In this document: positions 41,248 to 54,200 of the stretch, piece by piece | How positions within the stretch are numbered: position 1 is the first letter of the stretch | How the letters are laid out: every line of letters starts with the position of its first letter | Source: Balamuthia mandrillaris | Lineage: Eukaryota | Direction: 5' to 3' | NCBI GenBank assembly: GCA_031835245.2 | Contig: JAVKOQ020000029.1 | Span: forward strand, 248,001-312,000 | DNA: 64,000 bases | Notes under the pieces: generated by a model | Told to the model about the DNA's origin: nothing | The model's database searches: none | Seen by the model: the letters and a program-made list of their open reading frames with translations, nothing else | Made by a program: the position numbers and the translations under genes

Positions 41248-44113
41248 ATGCAGTTAAACGTAGCCAAGGTTCCTTCTTCCACGTTGGCATTTACCAATTG
41301 TGTGTATGTGCATCCAAGCGAGGTGGAGGCACTCACCCCAAAGAATGCTACTTCCTCTCCTGCTCCCGCCCAGAACTATGTTCTCATCAACGATTTTGTC
41401 TTTATGTTCAAGTACGCTTCCCTCTATTCTTCGCTACTCTCCTCTCCTCTTTCTTGTTCCTCTTTTTCTTCACCTTCTTCCTTCCATCTTCGTTCGTCTT
41501 CTTCATTTCACTCTTTTCTCTCACTAACACGTGAGCAATATTTTTAGAGCCTCTAAAAGGGTAAGCAAAGGCACAATAGCTTTAGGCGAGATGCAGCGCC
41601 GCACGGCCCAGCTCTCGCTCAACCAAGCGGTAAACTGCATGCCCTTTGTGCCCACCAACGAGAACATCTTTCTGGCCAGCCTCAAAGTGGAGGTTGACTT
41701 CCTCTCCAAGAGCAGCAAGCGTGATACCATCGAAGCTCATCTCCTCAACGAGGTGCTGCGCAGGGAGTTCTTGCACCAGTACTTCACGGTGGACCAGCAG
41801 TTCGTGGCCGACGTGGCTGGTAGCGCCCTCAAGTTTGTGGTGTTGGACTTGGAGGTGGTCGACCTGCGCGCCATCAGCGGAGAGACAAGCAACTCGGATG
41901 GTGAGGGCAAAGCTGCTGGTAAGAAAGCCAGAAGAGGTATCATGATGAAACAGACAGAGATCGAGTTTGTCAAAGCGGCGGACTCCAAACTGAACGTGGC
42001 GGGTGCATCAAGCAAAAGGTTTTCTTCTTCTCATTCAGAATTCTTTTCTTTTTTGCTTGCCATTTCTTGGTTACTTTTTTGTTGTTGAAGTTGTTTTTTT
42101 TATTCTCTATGTTCCTTCTTTCTTGTTGTTCGAACGAACGTCTGATGTTTCTTTTCTGTCTCTCAGTGGAGGAGGTTTCTTCAAAGCGAAAGACTGGAAC
42201 TTTCAACAGATGGGCATTGGAGGCTTGGACGAAGAGTTTAGCGACATCTTTCGACGAGCCTTTGCTTCCCGAGTCTTCCCGCCCGCCGTTGTGCAGAAGC
42301 TCGGCATCAAACACGTTAAAGGTACCTTCTGCTGCTTTTTTTTATTTCTCTTGTTCGCCAATTTTCTTATCCTTGCAAAATAGGCATTCTGTTATATGGA
42401 CCACCGGGAACGGGTAAGACATTGATGGCAAGACAGATCGGAAAGATGTTGAACGGCAAGGAACCCAAAATCGTAAACGGACCTGAAATCCTGAACAAGT
42501 ACGTCGGTCAATCGGAGGAAAACATTCGTAACTTGTTCGTCGAGGCAGAGCAGGAATATAAGGAACGTGGTGACGACTCAGACCTACACATCATCATCTT
42601 TGATGAGATAGATGCCATTTGTCCTCAAAGAGGATCACGAACGGGAGGCACTGGAGTTGCTGACACCGTTGTCAATCAGTTGCTCGCCAAGATTGATGGT
42701 GTTGAAGCTCTCAATAACATCCTCGTCATTGGTATGACTAACAGGTATCTTTCTCTCTTTATCTTTTTTCTTTGGTTTCGTTTTCTCTTTGTTTCCTTAT
42801 CTTTTACTTACGAAACATACAGAAAGGACATGATGGACGAGGCTTTGCTGCGACCAGGAAGATTCGAGGTTCACATGGAAATCGGTTTGCCCGACGAGAA
42901 AGGCCGTCTTCAGATCATTCGCATCCACACCGCAAAGATGGTGGAGAACAAGTACATCGGTGCCGATGTGGATCTCAGCGAATTGGCCGCTCTCACCAAG
43001 AACTTTAGCGGAGCTGAAATCGAAGGCTTAGTCAAGAGCGCCACCTCCTTTGCTTTCAACCGACAGGTAGATGTGGCGAATCCTACCAAGCCCATTGATC
43101 CCACCAAAATTAAGATTATGCGCGAAGACTTTTTGCACGCTCTTGAAGAGGTTCTTTCTTTCATTCTGTTCTATCTTTATTTCTTTCTTCTTCTTTCTTC
43201 TTACTTCTGACAATACTCTTCTCTTCTTTAAACAAAAAAGGTACGGCCAGCATTCGGTGTCTCCACCCAACAATTCGAGAGCTGCGCACCAAATGGTATC
43301 ATCCAGTACGGCGCCAGCTTCATGCATGTCATGAACGCCGGCAAGCGCTTCGTGCAACAGGTCATGAACAGCAATCGCACCCCTCTTGTCAGCGTCCTCC
43401 TGGAGGGAAGCATCGGCTGCGGCAAGACCGCGCTGGCTGCCACGCTGGCCATGGAGAGCGGTTTCCCTTACGTAAAGCTCATCAGCCCGGAGGAGCTGGT
43501 GGCGTATGCAGAGGCTGGCAAGTGCAGTAAGATCAAGAAGTTCTTTGATGATGCCTACAAGTCTCCGCACAGCGTCATCGTCATCGACGACATTGAACGC
43601 CTTTTAGGTTTGTATTTCTTCCTCTTCGTTTTCCTCTCTTTTTTTTTTCTTTTTTCTTTTTTTTTTCCTGGTGTAACAAATCTTCTCAAAAAAATAGAAT
43701 ATGTACAAATTGGTCCGCGCTTCTCTAACGCTGTGCTCCAAACGCTTCTCGTGTTGCTGAAGAAGCTGCCGCCACCAGGCCGCAAACTGTTGATCCTCGG
43801 CACCAGCAGCAACCGCTCCGTGCTCAAGGACATGGAGCTCGAGTCCGCTTTCGACGCCGTGTTACACGTACCCGACGTCTGCGACGGAGAGGAAGTCCGT
43901 AAGGTGCTTCAAGAGTTAAACGTATTCAATGCCAAGGACCTTGACGTGATTGAAAAGAGGTTCCGCGGCTACGTGCCCATCAAGAAACTGCTGATGATCG
44001 TGGAGATGGCCAGACAGAGCAGTTCGGGAGTGGAGGATGATGGTTTGGTGGACCGCTTCTTTGACTGCATGGCGGATTATGGCATTGGGACTCCTGTTAT
44101 TGACGACTATTAG
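41248..44113 (+). CDS. NSF: Vesicle-fusing ATPase NSF/Sec18
   Basis: [57 protein letters not shown], second AAA domain with GCGKT. Confidence 0.98.
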
Positions 44114-44245
44114 AACAACGCTCTTTTTCTTCTCACAAAAGGAGGGAAAAAAACTCACAACTTTTTTTTTTGCTTTGTTGTTGTAAAGAAGTGAGGAAGA
44201 TAAGAATGATGGGTGTTATGTATAAAAGAAGGAAAGAGGAGGTTG

Positions 44246-45226
44246 TTAGGCGGTTTTGGCCATGGCTTCCACTTGCTCGTAGGACAATACAAAAGAGTCT
44301 TTCCGAGTCTTCTCCCAGGAGGTCGGATCGAAAAACACATAAGAGCCCCGCTCGTATGTTCCCGTTTTCACCAACGGCTCCGTGCCAGGCACCCTCATGA
44401 ACCACAACTGCAACTCCTTGTGGAACCTCCAATCCCGGTTGTAGAGCTCCATTGCGGCAGTCAACTGGAGATAGTCCCGCGGCATGCTGTAAAAGATATA
44501 AAACAGGGTCTCTTCTGAGAATAGGCTGGCTTTGGACTCGGCCGGCTGCATGGGCGGCTGCGTGTAGTAGCAGGGCGGTAGGTGGTATTCTGGCGTCCGG
44601 TGGGAGGGACCATCCGCGAATGGCGATGCAAATGTGGAGTAAAGGCATCTATTTTTACAAGGAGAAATCCAAAATAAGTTAACTTGATCATAACAAGAAC
44701 AGAAGAGGAAGAAAACGACAAGGAAAAAAGGAAGATCAACAATATAAAGAAAGAGAAAGAATGAGAGGAAAGAGAAAAGCAAAGGAATAAATATTACTCG
44801 GAGGAATTGAGGTTAAGGCCAAGGGTGGTGAGGTCGGTGCCTAAGGCGAGGGTGTTGAGGTCAGGGTCGGTCATTCGAATGACGTTCAGCAAGCCCAACA
44901 ATCCAAACTGATCGCTAACAGATGTGCTCAGCTTCTGTACCCAAAAAAAATTAGGTCAGCATGCACAAATAGTAAAAGAAAACAGAAAAAACATACCTTT
45001 GGCATTTGGCTTTGTTGAATTGGCGGTTGTTGTGACACTTGCTTTTGTTGCTGGGCTAGTGATTGTTGGTGCATTTGCCGTTGTTGGAACTGCTGAAAGG
45101 TGGTCTCGTCATAAGGAGAACCAGCACCGAGATTAGAGCTTCCAGGAATAGAGCTTGTCCCGTCTCCTATAATCGTTTGTATAGGACAAAGTTGGTTAAG
45201 GTTGAGAGAGAGAGCGAGAGCGAGAG

Positions 45227-45264
<38 letters not shown>

Positions 45265-46858
45265 GGACCGCTTGCTGCGAGATGGTGATAATGAGAAGCG
45301 TTGGAATGAGGCATGACTCCACCATGATTGCTTAGAGCACCCCCAGACTTACGCAGAGATGCGGATGCTGGATAGGACGCATTTTGCTGTTGCTGGTAGA
45401 TGTTGTGGTCGGTGGGCCCATCGTCATGAAGGAGGCTGCCGCTGACCTCTTCTCCACCAGAGGGAGACTGCGGAGAAACAAGGTCATTGCTGGCACCGTT
45501 GTTGCCGCCACCTGGAAAGCCACTGCTCTTGTATCGTTGCTGTTGTTGCTGCTGTTGCTGTTGATGATGTTGGTGTTGAAGAGTTTGAGGGGAAGTGAGA
45601 GCAGGAAATTCCTCGTGTTGGATGGCAAACTCCTTTGTGCCTTTTTGAGAAGAAGGCTGAGCAGCTGCAGCGGCTGCTTTGGCGGCCATGGCAGCTGCCG
45701 AGCTGGAGGATGAGGAGGCGGACGAGAGCAGGGAGAGAGTGGCGCTGTCGGAGGAAGAGGTGTTAAGACCGAGAATGGGGAATTGCGTCATGTCATGCAG
45801 AGAGATGGCTTCCTTGGCATCGTTGCTGCTGCTACTGCTATTGTTGCTGCTGGGTAATGTGTTGTTGATGAAGCCGCCGGAAGCGGATAATATACCCATT
45901 CCGCCTGTGCTTCCACCACCTGACCGAGAGTTAATCATGGCGAGAAGATCGCCGGAAGGGTTGTATCCGGCTGAAGAGGGAGCCCCTATGTTTTGCATCA
46001 TGGCGGCAGGGTTGACTTGGCGCATTGCTCCTGAGGAAGTTGGAGTGGTAGACCGCACAGAAGCGGCCCCTTGCATAGTTCCGTTTGAACGACCTCCACC
46101 CACCGTCATGCTGCCTCCTACAATTACAATATAACCAAACACGCATAAGCCAAACAACGGGATTGCACAGAAGTTGTCAACCAAAAGAAAAGCATACCCA
46201 TCGCTCCCAATGAGTTCATGCTGTGTAGTCCGTGTTGTTGCATTCCCATTTGCTGTGAAGCTGAGGCACCGGCATACCGGCCCAAAAGCTGTTCCCGAGA
46301 CTGCATACCACCACTTGCTGAGGCAGACTGCAAGTTTTGAAGATTCATGCCTGGCGGCGCTCCCCGCGAACTTCCACTAAGTCCGTTGTGGCCTTTATTT
46401 CGTATTCAGTTCAAGCCATAATAGCAGAGGGAGAGGAGAGGGAGGAAGGGAGGAGAGAGAGGACAGAGGCAGTAAAGAAAATAGAAGAGAAAGGAAAAAA
46501 GTACAACAAGAAAAGCGTACCCATGTAGGTTTGTTGCTGAGCAAAGGCATACCGAGAAGGGGTAGAAGCATGCTCCCCCAACACTGAACCATTGGAACTC
46601 ATCATTCCTCCAAGCCCGCCCAGTTGTGGCTGTCCTACGCCCTAACAAAAGATGGCGAAGGGTCAGAGAGGGAGCGCGCTCTGATCTATCACCAAACCCA
46701 TCAAAACGAACCTCCTTCTCTTGACGCTGATAGTAGTAAATCTTTGGGTCAAAGTCCTCCTCGTCGTGTGTTTGTATGTTGCCAGCAAAGTAGGCCAGTT
46801 TGTCCTTCCGTGGATCGAGTTTTCTGTGCGTACCCTGGCTCCGAGAAGAAAGGCTCAT
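44246..46858 (-). CDS. CNOT2: CCR4-NOT subunit 2 (NOT2); 5' exons tentative
   Basis: DQFGLLGLLNVIRMTDPDLNTLALGTDLTTLGLNLNS, LYSTFASPF, ETLFYIFYSMPRD, ELYNRDWRFHK. Confidence 0.93.
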
Positions 46859-47388
46859 CGTTCTCTGTGCTGTTGGCGACAAAAAACAAGAGCAAGCAAG
46901 CAACACACAAAAAAAAAAATGAATGAATGAGTAATCCAAACAACAAAAGAAGAGAACAAAAGAAAAATCAATCAATCGTCTTTTGTTGTGTTGTTTGGCG
47001 GTTTGCCGCTACGTACTTTCTTTTTCCCCAACACAGAAAAAAAAAATATTCAATTTTTTTTTGTTTTGGTGAGGATGATGATGTGTGTTGTCGACGTTAA
47101 AATGTGAAATTTCAAATTTGTCGACAAAATTCAGGTAGCTGATGTCACTGCATTGTGATGACATCAGCCTTTTTCTCTGCTTTTTCTTTCTTTTTCGCTT
47201 CTCGAAAGGCAGAACGAATTCGCTGGGGCACTACTTTCTTTCAAGAGCTGCAAAAAAGAAAGGGGACGGAAAGGAGGCTTATTGGACCTTGCAGAGAGAC
47301 TCCCGAGGAGACAAAGAGGACTGATTATTTTTCACACAAATAAGTAGTAGCTTTTTTTTCGAAGCACCCTCAATAAACAAACACACAA

Positions 47389-49004
47389 ATGGCAAGCAAC
47401 GGCCAAGATGAGACAGACAATAGCATTCAAATGTGGCGTATGAAAAAGCTGGTTGCCAGCTTGGAGGCCGCAAGGGGGTCTGCTTTTCTCTTCTCTCTTT
47501 GTTTTGCATCAATTCAATATTTTTAACGAGCCTGTTTTTTTTTTTTTAAAAAAAATTGCTCCTCGCTACTACAGAAATGGTACAAGCATGATTTCTCTGA
47601 TCATTCCCCCCCGCGATCAAATCTCGCGGGTGCAAAAGATGTTGGGAGACGAGTACGGCACCGCCTCCAACATTAAAAGCAGAGTGAACCGTTTGTCGGT
47701 GCTGGGCGCCATCACCTCCACCCAACAACGCCTTAAGCTCTACTCCAAGGTTCCTGACAATGGCCTCATTGTTTATTGCGGCACTATCATGACCGATGAA
47801 GGCAAAGAAAAGAAGGTTAACATTGACTTGACCCCATTTAAACCCATCAACACAAGGTTTGTCTTCCCCTTTCTTCTCTCCCTAAGTTTTCCCCTACTGA
47901 TTAACAAAATATAGTTTGTACCTTTGTGACAACAAGTTCCACACGGAGCCTCTTCGAGAGCTGTTGGAGTCTGATCAAAAGTTTGGCTTTATTGTTATGG
48001 ACGGTAGCGGCTGCCTCTTTGGTACCGTCAGTGGCAACACCCGCAACGTCCTTCACAAGATCACTGTCGACTTGCCCAAGAAACACGGCAGAGGAGGTCA
48101 GTCCGCCCTTCGTTTCGCTCGTCTGCGTATCGAGAAGCGTCACAACTATGTGCGCAAAGTCGCTGAGTTGGCCGTCCAATTCTTCATCACCAACGATAGG
48201 GTAATGCTTTTCTTCTTCCCCTCGTTGTTCTCAATGACTTGAATCGCTCACTTCCTTCTCGCTCAGCCGAATGTCGCTGGTTTGGTGCTCTCTGGTTTGG
48301 CTGACTTTAAGAACGAGCTTGCCCAATCCGAGCTCTTCGATCCCAGGCTGAAGGCTGTTGTAGTGGCCATTGTGGACACTTCCTACGGTGGCGAAAATGG
48401 CTTTAACCAAGCCATCGAGTTGGCCTCTGACAGTCTTTCTAACGTGAAGTTTGTCCAAGAGAAGAAGTTGCTCTCCAAGTTCATGGATGAGTTGGCCAAG
48501 GACACTGGCAAGTACGCCATTGGTGTGAAAGAAACTCTCCACGCTTTAGACCTTGGTGCTGTTGAGACTCTTATCGTTTGGGAAAATCTGGACATCGCGC
48601 GTTACGTCTTCAAAAATCAAAACGGAGGTACGTTACTTTATTTGCTTTTATCTCGCTTCTACTAAACAATTTAAACAGAGGAAATTATAATGCATCTCAA
48701 CAAGGAGCAGCAGCAAAAGGAGAGCAACTTTAGAGACAAGGACGGTTCCGAGTTGGAGATCGTTGATCGCATGCCTCTCGTGGAATGGTTCGCCGATAAC
48801 TACAAGAGCTTTGGCGCTGTCTTGGAGTTTGTTACCGACCGCTCTCAGGAGGGCTCCCAGTTTGTGCGCGGCTTTGGTGGCTGTGCCGGTCTCCTCCGTT
48901 ACAAGGTGGACTTTAACCTGTTGGATGAGATAGAAGAGTTCGAGGAGGAGGATGAAGAAGCCAAAGATGATGACTTTGATGACGTTGCTGATTTCTTTAT
49001 GTGA
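47389..49004 (+). CDS. ETF1: Eukaryotic release factor 1
   Basis: [39 protein letters not shown]; stop TGA at 49002-49004. Confidence 0.98.
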
Positions 49005-49484
49005 CTATTCGCTAATGCTCCCCCTCCAACACCCTGCCGCCCCTCACCGTGCCCTCCATCGCCCCTTTTGCCAGCCTCTATCTCTTACCTATTCCCACCT
49101 TTGCCTGCCACTACCACTTCCACTACCACTTCTACTTCTGACGCCATTCTGTTACCACCACTTCAACAAGATCCACCATCAACATCACTACCGCCCTCAT
49201 CATCACCAGCAACGCAGCCCCAATCAGCACCATTACCGTTTTTATCATCAGAGCCAGTGCAAGCTAAAGTGGTAATGGCGGACACTGCTGTTGCTGCTGG
49301 TCATTGTGCTCTCGGCAGCTGCAACGCCTTACTCGTTGCTTTGAGGATGGCACCGCTGCTGCTGTTGATGCTGTACCCAACCAAGAGCTCGGCTTTGTTG
49401 CGACAGCTCCAACACCAACGTAAGCACCATAACAGTGGTACTGCTGCCACGCTTCGCGCAGCAGCCTGTATGGTGATAGACTAA
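49002..49484 (+). other. Candidate eRF1 stop-codon readthrough extension (TGA-CTA plus 159 open codons)
   Basis: ATG TGA CTA TTC GCT...; no in-frame stop until TAA 49482-49484. Confidence 0.65.
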
Positions 49485-49701
49485 GATGATGGCTTTATGA
49501 TCTGATGATATGACGATGTTGAAGAGGAGGAGGAGAGCAGAGAACTTACTCACACAACAGCAGAAAAAAAAAACACACCTTCCTTGTGACAAGGTCATTT
49601 TTATCTTTTAACAACGCCTTGTGTGCTTTTTTTTTTACAAACAAACTTGCAGCTTCAATTTCAGTTTACACCAGAAAGCAAAGAAGTGTGTGATTTTTGA
49701 C

Positions 49702-49900
49702 TCACTGGTGGAGAGCACCACCGCAAGAGCTGCCAGCACCTGCTGTACATCCGTAGCAATGCTTGTCTGTGGCGATGGGTGTTCCCCGAAAGTCAAGGGA
49801 GTCCACCTCCCAAATGCTCGATCTTGTGCTTCGTCCTGCTCCCACTTCAAAAATAAAGGAGCAGATAACAAAATCAGCGAACGAAACACAAGACCACAAA

Positions 49901-49948
<48 letters not shown>

Positions 49949-51086
49949 TACAAGGCATGGACATCATCTGGTTAAAGTCACAATCAAAGAGCCGCCCATC
50001 CCACGAGATGCTAACAGTGTTTTTGCACATAAGGGCATCAACAGTGGCCAGATTGAAGTTATCCACCAATAGTCGCATGTACTCCTCATAACGGCCGGTA
50101 TCCATTAAAAAGTCAGCAAAGCGTCGAATGGGCATGTTCGTGATGGTGAACAGCTGGTTGAATTCGATACCAAAGTGTCGCCGCAGCTCTCTGCGATAAT
50201 CCCCCTCCAGAGCTATTTGCGGAGCAGGCAGCGAAGGCCCCAAAGGATTGTACACCAAGTGCAACAACAACCCCGTTCCTTCCTTGCCATATCCCAACTC
50301 GTTGAGCCGCTTCAGTGCTTGAATGCTCTTCTGGAAGACGCCAGAGCCGCGCTGCTTGTCCACGTTGGCGAATGTGTAGCAAGGCAACGAGGCCACCACT
50401 TGCACCTTTTGCTCAGCCAGGAACTCTGCAGTGTCCTCTTGCCCTGCCTCCAACAGCACCGTCAAATTGCAACGGTCAATGATGTGAGTAATGCCGCGAG
50501 AGCGTGCCCCTAAGATAAGGCGACGAAAGTGGGGATTCAGTTCGGGAGCTCCGCCGGTTATGTCGACGGTGGTGAGGGTAGGAGTAGCCTCCACCAGGTC
50601 CAAAAGACGGTCGATCGTTCGGGATTGCATGTTTTCCGCAACACGAGAAGGACTGGACTCGACGTGACAATGTTGGCAGGTTTGGTTGCACAGAAGGCCA
50701 ATGTTGATTTGCATGATTTCGGTAGCAGTCCGGCAAAAGGTTCGTTTACCTGTGGACTGCTCAATTTTTTGGAGGAAGGAGGGGAGGGAGGAGGACATTT
50801 GGTCGAGCTTGGCTTTGCGTTTGGCTTGCACTCTCGACTCGCGTTGTTCTAGCCGTTTGAGGTAGGAAAGATGGAGCTCTTTATCTTCGTCGCTCAGCTC
50901 ATCAAACTGGAGCGGCCGAAGAGGGGCAGAGACAGAGGATGAGGCCTCTGATGCAAAAGCCCTCACTACGGAGGAAACCGGTAGGGCATCACCACCCAGC
51001 AAAGCATTCGCGGCACGACGATGAGGCCTCTGCCACAGAAAACATCTCCCTGTGACCAAACCGCTCCCTCTTATGTCTCTGTTCAT
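49702..51086 (-). CDS. ArsS-like radical SAM protein (arsenosugar-biosynthesis family), Cys form; one intron; probable mitochondrial presequence
   Basis: QINIGLLCNQTCQHCHVESSP (CxxxCxxC), DITGGAPELN, IDRCNLT, TITNMPI, DCDFNQ, HCYGCTAGAGSSCGG. Confidence 0.9.
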
Positions 51087-51267
51087 CCCAAATATATATA
51101 TAAATGAAAAAATGCCATTTTTTCTGCAACATGGTTGAATTATTGACAAAATGAGAATTGTTGTTGATAAAATATATCGAAAAAAATACAAAATGAAAAA
51201 ATATAATAAAAAGCAAAAAAGAAAAGAAATGAAAAAGAAAAAAGAAAAAAGAAAAAAGAAAAAGGAA

Positions 51268-54200
51268 TTACAAGCGAAGACAAGCAATCTCCACGGCATT
51301 GCAAGCGCTGACCGTGTTGCGAGCCAATGTCTTGGCGCACTTGACGAGCTGCGCCTTGATGCCGGCATCATAGCCGCCAGCCGCCTTGACCGCCGTGATG
51401 ATCTTCAGCTGGGTGGTGATGTTGCGAATGGCGTGGGCCACGCTCATCACCTGGTCACGAAGAATGGGGTCCTTGCACTTGTCGGCGATCTCCTTGCAAG
51501 CATCAAAGATGTTTTGGACGAGGGCGGCGATCCTGCGGGCACTCACGATGATCTCGCTGTTGGCAGAGCGAGCGGCAGCGTCGGACATGAGGGCCATCTC
51601 CTCGGCGATCTTCCTGCTGGCAGCGTAGAGGCGACCCTCGGGGGTGCTCTCATCGATGAAACCCTTGCTTTGCACCACTTTCTCGACGGAGCGAGCGGCC
51701 TGCATGATCTCATCGGTGGGTTCCTCTTCCTCCTCCTCTTGAGGCTTGCTGACCAGGGCGGCCTCAGTCTTAGCGTTGATCTTAAAGGTGTCGTTGAGCA
51801 ACCTTGCCAACATCTCAGCGGCCTCTTCCTCGCCGCCAGGACGGAGCAGGGCATCACGGATAGGGCCAAGCAGGTTGCTAAGGCCGTTCTGAAGGGCTAA
51901 GGCAGCCTCGATAAGGGCCTTCTTCTTGGCGGGATCGTTGGAGCGAATGCCAAGAGCGCGGGCGAGGGCGGCTTGCCTGCGCATGCCTTTCTCCAGCTCA
52001 TCGAGGGCGCGAAGAGCGGCCTCTCTGTCTCCGTTGCGAGCGGCGTTCAACATGTCCTGCATCAGCTGAGTGGTATCCTTGCCGCTGCGCAGCAGCTGTT
52101 CCTCTCCGTCGGGGTGAGACTCGGCCACGACGGCGGCGTTCAGCTCTTTGGCCTTTTGGACGGTGTCGTTGAACTCCTGTTGAGCACGGGAGTCATCTGG
52201 ATGAGCCAAAGCGTTGTTGGTCCGGTCCTTCAGCTCGTAAGGAAGCTTCTCCAAGGCGTCCGCCAATTGCAGGAGGGTCTTCTTTTGGTTGGGATCAGTG
52301 CCAGGGAGAGCAGCTAAAGCTCTGGCAAGAGCGGCTTGCTTGAGGAGGGCCTCTTCGGCATCGTGAAGAGCGTCCACGGCGTCCTGGCGATTGCCACGAC
52401 GCACAGCAGCTTGCAGCCTGTCCAATGCATCCTCTGCTTCTTGGCTAGCATCGAGGATCTTGTCCTTGAGTTGAGGCAAGGCCAGACCCAGCAAATCTGT
52501 TGCTGCTTTATTCAGATCGTCGGAGGCGTCCTTCAGCTTGGCATGAGAGGGATCTCCGACTGCTGCCGCATTGTAGCCACGGATAGCTTTCTCGAGGTTG
52601 ACTACTGCCTTTTGTACAGCGCCAGCATCACCGCCATTCCCACGAACAACTTCAGGAGCAAGGAAGGCTTGCTCCTGTGCGGCGGCCACCACGTCACGAG
52701 CTACCTGATCACTTTGCTGTTTGGGAGCACCCGCAGCAAGGACAGTGGGCAGTTTGGTTGCTCCTTCTCTCATGTCGTTGTAGGCCTTGAGCAGAAGGTC
52801 ATCGTCGCTGGGACGAACGGCGGCGGCACTGCGATCGGCAGCATCTCGGGCATTGGCGATATGTTCTTTGGCCTTGCCTTTTGCTGCCTGGTCCCTGGGG
52901 TTGGCCAAGGAAGCCTTGACTGCTGCTGGCATGCGACCAAGTACCTCTTCCAGCTCGTGTTGAGCACGAAGAAGGCTTTCCTTGCGTCTGGGGTCGTGCT
53001 CTTTGGCGGCTTGGTTCTTAACCAACGCGATTTGTTTGATGAGTCCCTTTTCTGCATCGGAGAGAGCAGCCTTGCCGCGCTCCCTGTCCCCATCGTCCAC
53101 AGCACGTTCCAGGTCATCCAGAGCGCGACGCAGGGCCTTGGCGTTCTCAGCGATTTGTTGCTTGATGGGAGAAGTGGACAGCTCAGCAATGCGGTTGTTG
53201 GCGTCGGCGGCATCTCGGAGCAGCTGCTCGAGCTTGGCCTGAGCAGCTCTATCTCCAGCCATTGCTTTACGAGCAACGGGCTCGATCTGTCTTGCCACTT
53301 CCTCGAGGTCCGCGATGGCCTGCAGCAGCTGTTCTTTCTTCCAAGGATCGGTCTCCTTTTCAGCCAACTGTCTGGCAAGCATCAGCTGCTGATTGATAGC
53401 ATCCTTGAGGGCCTTCACGGCAGCCTCTGCCTCCGCAGTATCTCCGTCGCGTACAGCCCTGGCCAAGCGCTGCAACAGCTCATTAACGGCAGCAGTTGAA
53501 GCCAAGATCTGATCTTCAGGAGCAGTGGTGGCTGATACTAGTTCGTTGTTGGCGGACTTGGCCTGAGCCACCACTTCGGCCAGCTGTTCCTGCTTGCGCT
53601 TATCTCCAGGAGAAGCTGCTGCCGCCGCTGAAGTACGGTCCAAAAGGGGGACAAGGTTTTGGAGGGTATTGGCTGCCCGTTCCACGGTCTCTCGCAGGGT
53701 AACGTTGTCGGGCATGGCTGCGGCTTGGTATTGCTTTACTAAATCTATCTGCTTGGGAATATCCCTCTCAAGCTGTTTGTTGAGCTTGGCGGTGCTCTCT
53801 TTGTCTCCACGTGTCGCCTCGTCCTGCAATTGGTTTAAGCGAGAGTTAATGGACGTGGCACCTTCCACGATTTGCTCTTCGGGGGCGAGGGTAGAGGCCG
53901 CGGAGAGTGCATGCACAGCGCTTCTGACATCTTCCACGGCATCGTCGAGGCTGTTCTGCTTGGCTTTGTCTCTTGGGGCCAGCAGAGTGTCCTTCGTGGC
54001 TTTTACCAGCTGAGGCGTGAGGGCCTTGAGCTGGGCGCTCTGTTCCTGGGCATGCTTGGTAGCCCATGCAGACACTCCGTCCTCGCCTTGCTTTTGTTGC
54101 TGGTTCTGGACCAACGCGTTGGCCAATTCCATCTGAGAGCCAATCCTGCGTACAACTTCCTTGACAGCGGCGGTAGCGGCTGGGTTGTTGCCCGCTTTGG

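Noticed and set aside
47389..48200. Variant genetic code signalled by an altered eRF1
   Set aside because: The GTS, NIKS and YxCxxxF motifs are canonical, and TAA, TAG and TGA all end genes in this window.
49702..49760. Selenocysteine in the ArsS-like protein (and in MsrB at 16665-17126)
   Set aside because: The relevant codons are Cys codons, not TGA.
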